A DNA stretch of 41,091 bases from a virus (IMGVR_UViG_3300048856_000134:1-41091); one strand, 5' to 3'; positions 16,243-25,834 are shown, counted from the stretch's first letter. The notes: generated by a model from the letters alone, not told the origin. A program made the numbers and translations.

Positions 16243-16521
16243 TCAGAGCCTCTGATCGCCCTGAGAAAGGTTTGCTATCTCCGCGTTGATCACTCTGGTC
16301 ATGGCTGCACCGAGAACAGCACCGAGCGTGACGCGATCGATCAGTATGCCTGCGGGGTGCTCGCCGTGAGGGGCGGCACGGAGGACGAGATCGATCTCGT
16401 CTCTGATGGCCCTGGCCATTGTCAGGCGCTCGGAACGATCTTTGGCGGTCGACAGCTGACGCCCGATTGCACGGACAAACGCATCCTCCAACTTAGAGGA
16501 GGGCAGGTGACCGTTAGTCAT
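16243..16521 (-). CDS. Hypothetical helical moron protein, paralog A
   Basis: Aligns without gaps to 16726-16971. Confidence 0.65.
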   Translation of the reverse strand: MTNGHLPSSKLEDAFVRAIGRQLSTAKDRSERLTMARAIRDEIDLVLRAAPHGEHPAGILIDRVTLGAVLGAAMTRVINAEIANLSQGDQRL

Positions 16522-16725
16522 CTCTCTGTTCCGGAAACCTGCAGCGGGAATTGCCACAGCGCGGGGTTAAAGGTCCGTTACATTTCGCAACTCGGGGCTG
16601 CAATGAATCTTATGTAACAATATGTAACGGGTGCCGCATTGGGCCGAGTTTTGGATGGGGACGCGAAGCCAGTGGCCGGCCCTTGCGCCCTGGCGCTCTG
16701 AGGACCTCAGCTCCGGTGAAGCAAG

Positions 16726-16971
16726 TCAGTCGTCATCCATCAAGCGGTCCAATGCTGACTTAACCGCTACGGCCAGCGAGGCTCGCAGCGCAATCTCCTG
16801 ACAGGCGTCTGCTCCCGTCGGAGCAGATACAAGAACATGATGCAGCTGACGGCGCATGGCCTGAATTAATGCGAGGCGCTCCGCCGTATCATCCACCAGC
16901 GCCAACTGCTTCCGGATGGCACGCAGTACAATGTTCTCCAGCAAGGTGGAGTGCAGCTTAGTAGTGCCCAT
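16726..16971 (-). CDS. Hypothetical helical moron protein, paralog B
   Basis: Aligns without gaps to 16243-16521. Confidence 0.65.
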   Translation of the reverse strand: MGTTKLHSTLLENIVLRAIRKQLALVDDTAERLALIQAMRRQLHHVLVSAPTGADACQEIALRASLAVAVKSALDRLMDDD

Positions 16972-17080
16972 GTTGCTCAGCCCGGATGCGTGCGGCGGAC
17001 GCCTACACCAAGAAGCGAGCCGGGCTTAAGCCCAGATTTGATGTGCTGCGACATAAGGCCGTGAGCATCTTTGACGACGC

Positions 17081-17266
17081 TCAGTTGGTCTCACCGGTGG
17101 TCAATTCATCAAGGATCGCGGCGAGAATCTCGGCAGAGATCTCTAGGTTATTCCGACGCGCATAATGGATGAGGTCACGTAGCGCGTCGACGTCGGTGGT
17201 GTCGACCTCGTCGCGTTGATGATCTGCAAAGCGTCTTGAGCCATTGGGCACAGAAGTGACCAGCAT
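17081..17266 (-). CDS. Small hypothetical moron protein
   Basis: DVDALRDLIHYARRNNLEISAEILAAILDEL helical C-terminus; start uncertain. Confidence 0.45.
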   Translation of the reverse strand: MLVTSVPNGSRRFADHQRDEVDTTDVDALRDLIHYARRNNLEISAEILAAILDELTTGETN

Positions 17267-17507
17267 CAGGATGCCCTTCGGTCCAGTTAGCATGCGACGA
17301 ACAGTAAAGCTGGCGCTGCAGATTGCGAGAGGAGTGGACGGCCTTGCGAGTTGACGTCCGATCTGAAGAGCGTCGTCCAACATCCTGTGCGCGCGATCGG
17401 AAGCAGGCTGCGCGTCACGCCGGAGCGTGGTGCGTTGTTCACAACCTTTTGTGTGGTGTCACCCCGGACAGCTGACGGTTTCGGACGCCTTTCGTTTGGG
17501 GGTTCAC

Positions 17508-17801
17508 ATGGGCAAGGTCCGCGATCCCTTCTACGTCAGCCCCAAATGGCTGGCCCTGCGCAAGGCGGCCCTGGAGCGTGACCGGTTCCAGTGTGTCACG
17601 CCGCGCTGTGGGAAACGCGCAACCCACGTGGACCACATTGTCTCCAGGCGCCGCGGTGGCGCTGACGCCCTCACAAATCTCGTCTGCCTCTGCCCTGCCT
17701 GCCATTCGCGCAAGACAGACTTGCGCGACGGCGGTTTCGGTCGGAAGCCGAGCCACCGGCTGGCTGTCGACGCCGAGGGGTGGCCGATCGTCCGCGCCTG
17801 A
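17508..17801 (+). CDS. HNH endonuclease, terminase-associated
   Basis: FY.S..W..LR...LERD..QC...C...ATHVDHI..RR.GG.D..TNL..LC..CHS.KT. Confidence 0.92.
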   Translation: MGKVRDPFYVSPKWLALRKAALERDRFQCVTPRCGKRATHVDHIVSRRRGGADALTNLVCLCPACHSRKTDLRDGGFGRKPSHRLAVDAEGWPIVRA

Positions 17802-17830
17802 GCCCCCCGGGGGGAGGTCCGAAAATCGGC
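17801..17830. other. Candidate cos site region
   Basis: Palindrome CCCCCCGGGGGG (17803-17814) between HNH and terS, the usual cos position in HK97-like phages. Confidence 0.5.
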
Positions 17831-17894
17831 GGCAAGGGGGCCCAGACCGGTTAGGAGCCTTTATTTGCAGCGCCACAGATCAGGATGTTGACTC

Positions 17895-18275
17895 GTGTCA
17901 GCCCCGCGACTTCCCGTCGAGAAGGCTAAGGCCAAGGGGGCGGAGCTCAAGAACAAGGCGCGCCATGCCGGCCGTGCGCAGCACCCGTCGGCGCCTTTGG
18001 GCGCTCCTTCGCCATGGCTCACGGACCCCCAGCAGACCGCCTGGGCATCCTTCCTCCGCGAGCTGCCATGGCTCTGTGAACGTGACCGGTCCCTGGTCGA
18101 AATCGTGTGTGTCATCCGGGCCCGTCTGATGTCGGGCGAGGACGTGGGCGTGCAGGCGCTGAACCTGCTTCGGCAGGCGCTGGGCCAGATGGGGGCGACG
18201 CCGGCCGACGCCACCAAGGTCCCGACCGGAGGCGAGGATGAACCAGAACGGCCTGAGGACAGGTATTTCAACTAG
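17895..18275 (+). CDS. terS: Terminase small subunit
   Basis: P.WL....W......PWL...DR..VE; LGQMGATPADATKV; position before terL. Confidence 0.75.
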   Translation: MSAPRLPVEKAKAKGAELKNKARHAGRAQHPSAPLGAPSPWLTDPQQTAWASFLRELPWLCERDRSLVEIVCVIRARLMSGEDVGVQALNLLRQALGQMGATPADATKVPTGGEDEPERPEDRYFN

Positions 18276-20016
18276 CGATCCGACGACAGCTTGGGCCAAG
18301 GCCGTTGCGGCAGGGGAGATCGTCGCCGGTCCGCACATCCGGAACGCGGCGCGCCGGCACCTCGACGACCTACGCCTTGGGGCAAAGCGCGGGCTGCGGT
18401 GGGACGTGGCCGCGGCGAATAAGGCCATCCAGTTCTTCCCGGACGTGCTGCGGCTCAATGGTGGGCAGTTCGAGGGGCTTCCATTCCACCTGCATCCTTC
18501 GCAGGCCTTCATCGTGGGCAGTCTCTTCGGCTGGATGAAAGCTAACGGCCTCCGACGCTTTCGGCGGGCCTATCTCGAGATGGCCAAGGGGCAGGGCAAG
18601 TCGCCCCTGATGGCCGGGATCGGAATGTGGTGCCTCCTCGCCGACGGCGAGAGCAGGGCGGAGGTCTATGCCGCGGCGTCCAAGAAGGACCAGGCGATGG
18701 TCCTGTTCCGAGACGCGGTGGCCATGTGGCAGCAGTCTCCGGCGCTGGCCTCGCGGCTGACGCCTTCGGGCGGGAACCCGGTCTGGAACCTTGCCGATCT
18801 GCGCACTGGCAGCTTCTTCCGGCCGATCAGTAGCGACGACGGGCAATCGGGCCCGCGGCCTTCCTGCGCACTGTGCGATGAGGTGCACGAGCACCGGAAT
18901 GGCACGCTGATCGAGATGCTGGAGCGGGGCTTCAAGTTCCGTCGGCAGCCCTTGCTGGTCATGGCGACGAACTCGGGGTCCGACCGTCAGTCCGTCTGCT
19001 GGCAGGAACACCAGCATGCCGTGAGGTGTGCGGCGGGGACGCGGGAGCCGGACGACGCCTTCACCTATGTGGGCGAGGTCATAGACGACGAGACCTTCTC
19101 CTTCGTGGCATCGCTGGATCCTGGAGATGATCCGCTCGAGGACCCGGCCTGCTGGGTTAAGGCCAACCCCATGCTCGGGGTGACGGTGCAGGAGGATTAC
19201 CTTGCCGGCGTGGTGCGCCAAGCCAAGGCGATCCCCGGCAAGCTGAACAACATCCTCCGCCTCCACATGTGCGTGTGGACGGACGCCGACACCGCCTGGA
19301 TGAGCCGGCCGGCCCTGGAGGCCTGCCTGGACGAGTTCGACCCTGAAGAGCACGCGGGCGCTGAGCTGCATGTCGGCATCGACCTCTCGGCGACCCAGGA
19401 CATCACCGCCATGGGTTTTGTGGTGCCGACCGGGACCGACGCCGAGGGGCGCCCAACCTTCGACGCATGGGTGGAAGGCTGGACCCCCGCCGCGACGCTC
19501 CGGGAGCGCGCGCTGCGGGATCAGACACCATACGACCTTTGGGTGGACGAGGGATGGCTGCACACAACTCCGGGGCGGATCGTCCGATATGATTTCGTGG
19601 CCTCGCGGCTGGCAGAGGTGGCAGCGCAAATGGACGTCAGGGCGGTGGCCTTCGACCAATATGCGTTCCGCAAGTCGTTCGAGCCCGAGATGGACGCCCA
19701 GGGCCTTACGCTTCCGATCATCGAGCATCCGCAGGGCGGGAAGAAGAAGGGGCCGACCGGCCTCTGGATGCCCGGGAGCAAGGCGGCGCTCGAGGCGCTG
19801 ATCCTGGAAAAACGGATCCGGCTGCGGCGCTCGCCGCTGCTGATTGCGGCGATGATGTCGGCAGCAACCGAGGAAGACCCTTTCGGCAACGCCTGGTTCA
19901 GCAAGCGCAAGGCGACTGCCCGAATTGATGCCCTGGTGGCCCTGGCCATGGCCGTGGGGTCGGCGGCCGGCGGCATGGTCGAGGGGCCGGCTTACGACAT
20001 CATGTTCGTGGGATAG
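18238..20016 (+). CDS. terL: Terminase large subunit (Terminase_1 type)
   Basis: Walker A AKGQGKS, Walker B LCDEVHEH, W.KANP.LG, GIDLS, RIDALVALAMA. Confidence 0.96.
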   Translation: MNQNGLRTGISTSDPTTAWAKAVAAGEIVAGPHIRNAARRHLDDLRLGAKRGLRWDVAAANKAIQFFPDVLRLNGGQFEGLPFHLHPSQAFIVGSLFGWMKANGLRRFRRAYLEMAKGQGKSPLMAGIGMWCLLADGESRAEVYAAASKKDQAMVLFRDAVAMWQQSPALASRLTPSGGNPVWNLADLRTGSFFRPISSDDGQSGPRPSCALCDEVHEHRNGTLIEMLERGFKFRRQPLLVMATNSGSDRQSVCWQEHQHAVRCAAGTREPDDAFTYVGEVIDDETFSFVASLDPGDDPLEDPACWVKANPMLGVTVQEDYLAGVVRQAKAIPGKLNNILRLHMCVWTDADTAWMSRPALEACLDEFDPEEHAGAELHVGIDLSATQDITAMGFVVPTGTDAEGRPTFDAWVEGWTPAATLRERALRDQTPYDLWVDEGWLHTTPGRIVRYDFVASRLAEVAAQMDVRAVAFDQYAFRKSFEPEMDAQGLTLPIIEHPQGGKKKGPTGLWMPGSKAALEALILEKRIRLRRSPLLIAAMMSAATEEDPFGNAWFSKRKATARIDALVALAMAVGSAAGGMVEGPAYDIMFVG

Positions 20017-20025
20017 GGGAGTGCG

Positions 20026-21972
20026 ATGGACCGGGCCTATTCCATCCTGACGGTGAAAGCCGTCGATGACGACCAGCGCATCATCCGCGGCATTGCCACG
20101 ACCCCATCCCCGGATCGCGTTGGTGACGTTGTGGAGCCGCTCGGGGTCAAGTTTCAGAACCCCATGCCGCTGCTGCACCAGCACGACAGCAGCCGGCCGG
20201 TCGGCACGGTGGTCTTCGACAAGCCGACCGAGAAGGGCATCACCTTCACTGCAACGATGCCCCGGATCGCCGACCCAGGCCCGCTGAAGGACCGCGTGGA
20301 CACCGCCTGGGGTGAGGTGAAGGCGGGGCTCGTCCGCGCCGTCTCGATCGGCTTCCGCGCGCTGGAAGACGGCTACGAGCTGATGAGGAACGGCGGGATC
20401 CGCTTCCTCAAGACCGAGGTCATGGAACTCTCGCTGGTGACAATCCCTGCCCAGGCGGAGGCGGTCATCACCGCGGTCAAGCAATTCGACGTCGGAGCCC
20501 CGGCCGCGACTGGCCACGAGGCGCTCCGCGGACGAGCGACGCCGCCCGGCGCCACGGGCATCCACAACAGCCAGCAGAAAGGGGCTCGTCCCGTGGCTAC
20601 CATCGCAGAACAGATCGCCGCGTTCGAGGCGAAGCGCCAGGCCAAGGCCGCGCGCATGTCCGAGATCATGCAGAAGGCCGCTGACGAGGGCGCGACCCTC
20701 GACGCCGCCCAGGAGGAGGAATACGACGGCCTCGCCGCCGAGGTCGCTTCCATCGACAAGCACCTTTCCCGCCTCGCCGTGCAGGAGAAGATGGCCGCCG
20801 CCACTGCGCGCCCCGTGGCCGCGGTGAGCACCGCCGCCGCCGCTTCCGAGGCACGCTCTGGCATCCAGGTAGTCGCCCGCAAGGAGGCGCCGGGCATCGA
20901 GTTCGCCCGCGTGGTCAAGTGCATCGGCAAGGCGCAGGGCAACCGCCGCGAGGCTGCGGAGATGGCCCGCGAGATCTACGGCTCTGACAGCGCCGTTGCG
21001 GTTACCCTGAAGGCGGCGGTTTCCGCCGGCAACACGGGCACTGGCTGGGCGGCCAACCTGACGGGCGCCGAGACGGCCGTTTATGCCGACTTCGTCGAGT
21101 TCCTGCGCCCGCAGACGATCCTTGGCCGGTTTGGTCAGGGCGGCATCCCCGCGCTGCGCCGGGTGCCGTTCCGGACGCCGCTGATCGGCCAGACAGCGGG
21201 CGGCGAGGGCTACTGGGTCGGCGAGGGCGCGGCCAAGCCGCTGACCGCGTTCGACTTCAGCCGCACGACCCTGGAGCCGCTGAAGGTCGCGAACATCGCC
21301 GTGGTGACGATGGAGACGCTGAACAATTCCTCCCCCGCCGCCGACCAGATCATCCGTGACCAGCTTGCCGCGGCCCTGCGCCAACGTCTGGACACCGACT
21401 TCATCGACCCTGCCAAGGCGGCGGTAGCCGGTATCTCCCCGGCCTCCGTCACCAACGGGGCGACCGCCATCCCGGCCAGCGGTACCGATGCCGACGCGGT
21501 TCGGGCCGATGTCCGCGCCCTGTTCGCGACGTTCATCGCCGCCAACAATGCACCGACGACCGGTGTCTGGATCATGTCGGCCACGACCGCGCTGGCACTG
21601 TCCATGATGACCAATCCGCTGGGCCAGCCGGAGTTCCCCGGCCTGGGCATGAATGGCGGCACCTTCCAGGGCCTGCCGGCGCTGGTGTCCGAGTACGCGG
21701 GCGACATGCTGGCGCTGGTGAACGCCTCGGACATCTACCTGGGCGACGACGGCGGGATCCGCGTCGACATGTCGCGCGAGGCGTCGCTGGAGATGTCCAA
21801 CACCCCGACCGGGTCCAGCGTGACGCCGACCGCCTCGACGCTGGTCAGCCTCTGGCAGACCAACAGCGTCGGCTTCCTGGCCGAGCGGGAGATCAACTGG
21901 GCGCGCCGCCGCCCCGGCGCCGTCGCCTACCTGACCGGTGTCGCCTACGGCACCACTCCGGCGGCCCCGTAG
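20026..21972 (+). CDS. HK97 prohead protease fused to major capsid protein
   Basis: N-terminal PDRVGDVV..PLLHQHD...SIGF...ELSLVTIPA; C-terminal HK97 fold (WVGEG..KP; SLWQTN.VGF.AER.INW). Confidence 0.93.
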   Translation: MDRAYSILTVKAVDDDQRIIRGIATTPSPDRVGDVVEPLGVKFQNPMPLLHQHDSSRPVGTVVFDKPTEKGITFTATMPRIADPGPLKDRVDTAWGEVKAGLVRAVSIGFRALEDGYELMRNGGIRFLKTEVMELSLVTIPAQAEAVITAVKQFDVGAPAATGHEALRGRATPPGATGIHNSQQKGARPVATIAEQIAAFEAKRQAKAARMSEIMQKAADEGATLDAAQEEEYDGLAAEVASIDKHLSRLAVQEKMAAATARPVAAVSTAAAASEARSGIQVVARKEAPGIEFARVVKCIGKAQGNRREAAEMAREIYGSDSAVAVTLKAAVSAGNTGTGWAANLTGAETAVYADFVEFLRPQTILGRFGQGGIPALRRVPFRTPLIGQTAGGEGYWVGEGAAKPLTAFDFSRTTLEPLKVANIAVVTMETLNNSSPAADQIIRDQLAAALRQRLDTDFIDPAKAAVAGISPASVTNGATAIPASGTDADAVRADVRALFATFIAANNAPTTGVWIMSATTALALSMMTNPLGQPEFPGLGMNGGTFQGLPALVSEYAGDMLALVNASDIYLGDDGGIRVDMSREASLEMSNTPTGSSVTPTASTLVSLWQTNSVGFLAEREINWARRRPGAVAYLTGVAYGTTPAAP

Positions 21973-21982
21973 TTCTTGCTTG

Positions 21983-22017
21983 GGGCGGGTGGCGCTGAGC
22001 TGCCCGTCCCGCCCTTT
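21983..22017 (+). terminator. Hairpin after capsid gene
   Basis: GGGCGGG...CCCGCCC followed by TTT. Confidence 0.45.
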
Positions 22018-22030
22018 GGTGGAGGACGCC

Positions 22031-22324
22031 ATGGCCCGTCTCATCGCGACCAAGCCGATGACCTACGCCACGCGCCGGCTGCAGGCGGGTGACGCGTTTG
22101 AAGCGCCACGCCGTGACGCGCGGATCCTCCTCGCCATTCGGAAGGCGAAGACGGCCGGTGAAGCCAGCCCGGCGCCGCAGGCCCCGGAAGCCCCGGCCCC
22201 GGCCGAGGACGCCGATCTGGAAGCCCTGCGCGCCGAAGCGGAGCGGCTCGGGATCGACGTGGATGGACGCTGGGGCGCTAAGCGGCTCCGGGCCGAAATC
22301 GACCGCGCGTCCAAGGCCGACTGA
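22031..22324 (+). CDS. Hypothetical head-region protein
   Basis: GGAGG RBS; C-terminal LRAEAERLGIDVDGRWG..RL (HeH/LEM-like). Confidence 0.65.
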   Translation: MARLIATKPMTYATRRLQAGDAFEAPRRDARILLAIRKAKTAGEASPAPQAPEAPAPAEDADLEALRAEAERLGIDVDGRWGAKRLRAEIDRASKAD

Positions 22325-23673
22325 TGCGCCTGCTTGGCCTGGAGATCAGCCGCACGAAAGCTGCGGCGCCGGCTTCCGTCGACAGCGGGCGCGGCGGGTG
22401 GGTCTCGGTCATCCGTGAATCCTTCGCGGGCGCCTGGCAGCGCAATATCGAGATCAGCCGGGATTCCGTCCTTTCCTTTCATGCGGTCTATGCCTGCGCG
22501 ACACGGATCGCTTCGGACGTGGCAAAGCTGCGAGTGAAGCTGGTTCAGCAGGACGTCCGTGGCATCTGGGCCGAGGTCTCGAACCCCGCCTATTCGCCCG
22601 TGCTGCGCAAGCCGAACCCCACCCAGAATCGCATCCAGTTCTGGGAAACGTGGATTCTCTCCAAGCTCCTCCACGGCAACGCCTATGTGCTCAAGCGCCG
22701 GGACGGCCGCGGCGTGGTGACGGCGCTCTACGTCCTCGACCCGACCCTCGTCCGGGCGCTCGTCGCGGAGGACGGGTCGGTCTTCTACGAAATCCAGCCC
22801 GACAATATCGCGGGCGTCACCGAGACCATCGTCGCTCCGGCCCGCGAGATCATCCATGACCGCTGGAACACCATTTTCCACCCGCTGGTCGGCGTCTCGC
22901 CGATCTACGCCTGCGGCCTGGCCGCAACGCAGGGGCTGCGCATCCAGGAGAGCTCGACCCGCTTCTTCGCCAATGACAGCAAGCCGGGCGGCATCCTGAC
23001 GGCCCCGGGAAAGATCAGCAACGAGACAGCGGAGCGCCTGAAGGCGGCCTGGGAGCAGAACTATGGCGGCGCCAATACTGGGCGCGTCGCGGTGCTGGGC
23101 GACGGGCTGAAGTACGAGCGGACGGCGGTCACCGCGACCGATGCGCAGCTTATCGAGCAGCTCAAATGGACGGCGGAGGTGGTCTGTTCCTGCTTCCACG
23201 TCCCGCCCTACAAGATCGGGATCGGGCCGGCCCCGGCCTACAACAACATCCAGGCACTGAACGTCGAGTATTACGCGCAGTGCCTCCAGGTGCTCATTGA
23301 AGCCGCCGAGGTCTGCCTCGACGAGGGGCTTGAGATGGCGCCTGGCATCGGGACCGAGTTCGACCTCGACGGCCTGCTGCGCATGGACAGCCTGGCGCAG
23401 ATCCAGGTGCTCAAGGAAGCGGTCGGGTCCAAGATCATGCACCCGAACGAGGCGCGGAAGAAGATCGACTTGCAGCCCTCGGCTGGTGGCGACGCGCTCT
23501 ATGGGCAGCAGCAGGATTACAGCCTGGAGGCGCTCGCCAAGCGCGACGCGCGGCCAGACCCGTTCGCACCGGCGTCGGCTGGTGCGGTCAGCGAGCCTGC
23601 GGCCCCGGACGACGCGGCGGTTGCATCCGAAGCCCGAGCCGCCCTGGTCGAAATCTATAAGGGGCTGGCCTGA
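22324..23673 (+). CDS. HK97-family portal protein
   Basis: AVYAC..RIASDVAKL, LRKPNP.Q..IQFW, LLHGNAY, GVSPI, FHVPPYKIG, PNEARK. Confidence 0.95.
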   Translation: MRLLGLEISRTKAAAPASVDSGRGGWVSVIRESFAGAWQRNIEISRDSVLSFHAVYACATRIASDVAKLRVKLVQQDVRGIWAEVSNPAYSPVLRKPNPTQNRIQFWETWILSKLLHGNAYVLKRRDGRGVVTALYVLDPTLVRALVAEDGSVFYEIQPDNIAGVTETIVAPAREIIHDRWNTIFHPLVGVSPIYACGLAATQGLRIQESSTRFFANDSKPGGILTAPGKISNETAERLKAAWEQNYGGANTGRVAVLGDGLKYERTAVTATDAQLIEQLKWTAEVVCSCFHVPPYKIGIGPAPAYNNIQALNVEYYAQCLQVLIEAAEVCLDEGLEMAPGIGTEFDLDGLLRMDSLAQIQVLKEAVGSKIMHPNEARKKIDLQPSAGGDALYGQQQDYSLEALAKRDARPDPFAPASAGAVSEPAAPDDAAVASEARAALVEIYKGLA

Positions 23674-24698
23674 TGTTCGACGGAAAGGCGTTCGGCCAGG
23701 AGGTTGTGGAGGCCGTGAAGGCCCATCTCGGCCGGGTCGTTGAGCCTCTTCTGTCGCGCATTGAGGCTCTGGAGAAGCGCCTGACCGCGTTGCCGGTGCC
23801 GCGCGACGGGCAGGACGGCAAGGATGGCCGGGACGGCCGGGACCCTGATCCTGCGGAGATCCAGCGCATGGTGGACGAGGCGGTCGCCAGAATGCCGGTT
23901 CCAAAGGATGGCAGGGACGGTAAGGACGCGGACGCGGAGACCGTGGCCGCCACCCTGCGTGATCAATTGGAGCGGATGGTTGCGGAGGCTGTGGACCGGG
24001 CTGTGGCGGCTCTGCCGTCTCCTAGGGATGGTCGTGATGCCGATCCCGAGCAGATCCGGGCGGCGGTGGCGCGTGAGGTTAGAGAGGCTGTGGCTGCGAT
24101 CCCCGCGCCCAAGGACGGCACCAGCGTCTCCCCCGACGAGGTGGCGCAGATGGTGGCCACCCAGGTGCAAAAGGCCGTCGAGGCGATGCCCAAGCCGCGC
24201 GACGGTGCCGGGGTCGCCGGGGCCCTTATCGACCGCAAGGGATCGCTGGTGCTGACCCTTTCGGATGGCAAGGTCAAGGATCTCGGGCCGGTCGTGGGCC
24301 GCGACGTGGACCCGGTCGAAGTCGAGCGTATGGTGGCGAAGGCGGTCGACGCCATTCCCCGGCCGCGAGACGCTTTCGGCTTTGACGACCTAACCGTCGA
24401 GCATGACGGCGAGCGCAATATCGTCCTGCGGTTTGTCCGGGGTGACCAGACGAAGGAGTTTCCCCTGACCGTGCCTGTGGTCCTGGACCGCGGCGTGTGG
24501 CGCGAGGGCGAGTATCAGAAGGGCGATGCGGTGACCTGGGGCGGCTCGCTCTGGATCGCCCAGGAGAAGACCTCGGAGAAGCCCGAGACGGGCGCCGGCT
24601 GGCGCCTGGCGGTCAAGCGGGGGCGGGATGGCAAGGACGGCACCGCCCCCAAGGCCGCGCCCGGGCCCATCCGCGTAGCTCCGGTGGCGGGCGCATAA
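23673..24698 (+). CDS. Repeat-rich head-associated protein with collagen-like triplets and CBM-like C-terminus
   Basis: Repeated P.P.DG.DG.D units; YQKGDAVTWGGSLWIA...KP....W. Confidence 0.7.
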   Translation: MFDGKAFGQEVVEAVKAHLGRVVEPLLSRIEALEKRLTALPVPRDGQDGKDGRDGRDPDPAEIQRMVDEAVARMPVPKDGRDGKDADAETVAATLRDQLERMVAEAVDRAVAALPSPRDGRDADPEQIRAAVAREVREAVAAIPAPKDGTSVSPDEVAQMVATQVQKAVEAMPKPRDGAGVAGALIDRKGSLVLTLSDGKVKDLGPVVGRDVDPVEVERMVAKAVDAIPRPRDAFGFDDLTVEHDGERNIVLRFVRGDQTKEFPLTVPVVLDRGVWREGEYQKGDAVTWGGSLWIAQEKTSEKPETGAGWRLAVKRGRDGKDGTAPKAAPGPIRVAPVAGA

Positions 24699-25330
24699 TG
24701 CTGACCGTCATCACGCCCGCTCTCAGCTACCGCCTGACCAGCGAAGTCCGCGCTCGGGACCAACTGCAACTGTCCGTGGAGGCGGTGCCGGGCCCCTATC
24801 TGCTGGACCTGATCGACGCGGCTTCATCCGCGATCGTGAACCATTGCAACCGGGCCTTCGCCCGGGAAACGGTGGCAGAGACCGTTCGCCCCTGCGGCTC
24901 CGGGCCGCTCATCTTGTCCCGCGCGCCGGTAATCGGCGACGTCGCTGTCCTGTTGGACGGGAACGCGGTGGCTGCCGACACCATGGAGTGCAATCGCTCC
25001 GCCGGCCTGCTGTACCGCCTGGAGGGCTGGGGGCGCTCGCCGTGGTACGGGCGCTCCGCCGTGGTCACCTACACCGCCGGATGGATCTTGCCTGAAGACA
25101 GCACATTCGGGACCGCGCTTTCGGCCGATCGCCTGCCGGCTGATGTGGAGCAGGCATGCCTGACCCTGGTCGCAGCCCGGATCGCAGGGCGCGGCCGTGA
25201 CCCCATGCTCCGCTCCGAGAGTACCGAGGGCGTTGGCTCCGCTTCCTACATCGCAACCGCCGACATGGGGGCGATGCCGCCCCAGGCTACCGCGGCGCTG
25301 GCGCCATATCTGCGTATAGGCTTCGCCTGA
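24698..25330 (+). CDS. Head-tail connector (gp6-like)
   Basis: LIDAASSAIVNHCNR.F; VTYTAGW; LPADVEQAC; LAPY. Confidence 0.8.
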   Translation: MLTVITPALSYRLTSEVRARDQLQLSVEAVPGPYLLDLIDAASSAIVNHCNRAFARETVAETVRPCGSGPLILSRAPVIGDVAVLLDGNAVAADTMECNRSAGLLYRLEGWGRSPWYGRSAVVTYTAGWILPEDSTFGTALSADRLPADVEQACLTLVAARIAGRGRDPMLRSESTEGVGSASYIATADMGAMPPQATAALAPYLRIGFA

Positions 25331-25331
25331 C

Positions 25332-25664
25332 ATGGGTCAGATGCTCGAAACCCGCAGGCGGATGATCCGGAGCCGGGGGCGTTCCATGCGCCTGATCCGG
25401 CGTGCGACGAACGGCGTGCCGCAGCAGGCCGTGGACCTGATGGGCTTCCCGCGCCTCTACCGGCCTGGGGAGATCGAGGGCGCCATCCAGCAGGGCGACC
25501 AGCAGGTGGAGATCCTGGCGGATGAGCTAGACGCGGCGGGCTTCGGCGCTCCGACCACGGGGCATCTGCTCGTGCTGGACGGCCGGCAGGCCACAGTGCA
25601 GGGAGCCCGACCGGTCTATGAGGGGGCGGACCTGATCGGCTGGTCCTTATGGGTGAGGGGCTGA
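25332..25664 (+). CDS. Head closure / head-tail adaptor
   Basis: Size, synteny, GAIQQGDQ.V.I and terminal L.VRG. Confidence 0.65.
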   Translation: MGQMLETRRRMIRSRGRSMRLIRRATNGVPQQAVDLMGFPRLYRPGEIEGAIQQGDQQVEILADELDAAGFGAPTTGHLLVLDGRQATVQGARPVYEGADLIGWSLWVRG

Positions 25665-25666
25665 CC

Positions 25667-25834
25667 ATGGCATTCCCGGTAGAGCCCCCGCTGCGAATGG
25701 TCCTCAAGGGTTGGTTCTTCTGGCATGAGCGTCCCGTGTCTTTGGTCGCCTTGGCTCGGTGGGAACGCATGAAGCCACGACTTCGTCGGCGCCCGTGGTG
25801 GCGCGGCAAATCTTCGCGGTGGATTCGTCTGTGA
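25667..25834 (+). CDS. Small Trp/Arg-rich hypothetical protein
   Basis: GAGGGG RBS; GTGA overlap with next gene. Confidence 0.4.
   Translation: MAFPVEPPLRMVLKGWFFWHERPVSLVALARWERMKPRLRRRPWWRGKSSRWIRL

Noticed and set aside
15862-16617. 251-aa plus-strand ORF in the moron island
   Set aside because: No motifs; overlaps minus-strand ORFs, one of which is supported by paralogy
18370-22053. 1227-aa minus-strand ORF, and similar ones at 22063-23904 and 2157-3506
   Set aside because: Antisense shadows of terL/capsid, portal and recT/yqaJ caused by high-GC codon bias; no recognisable motifs
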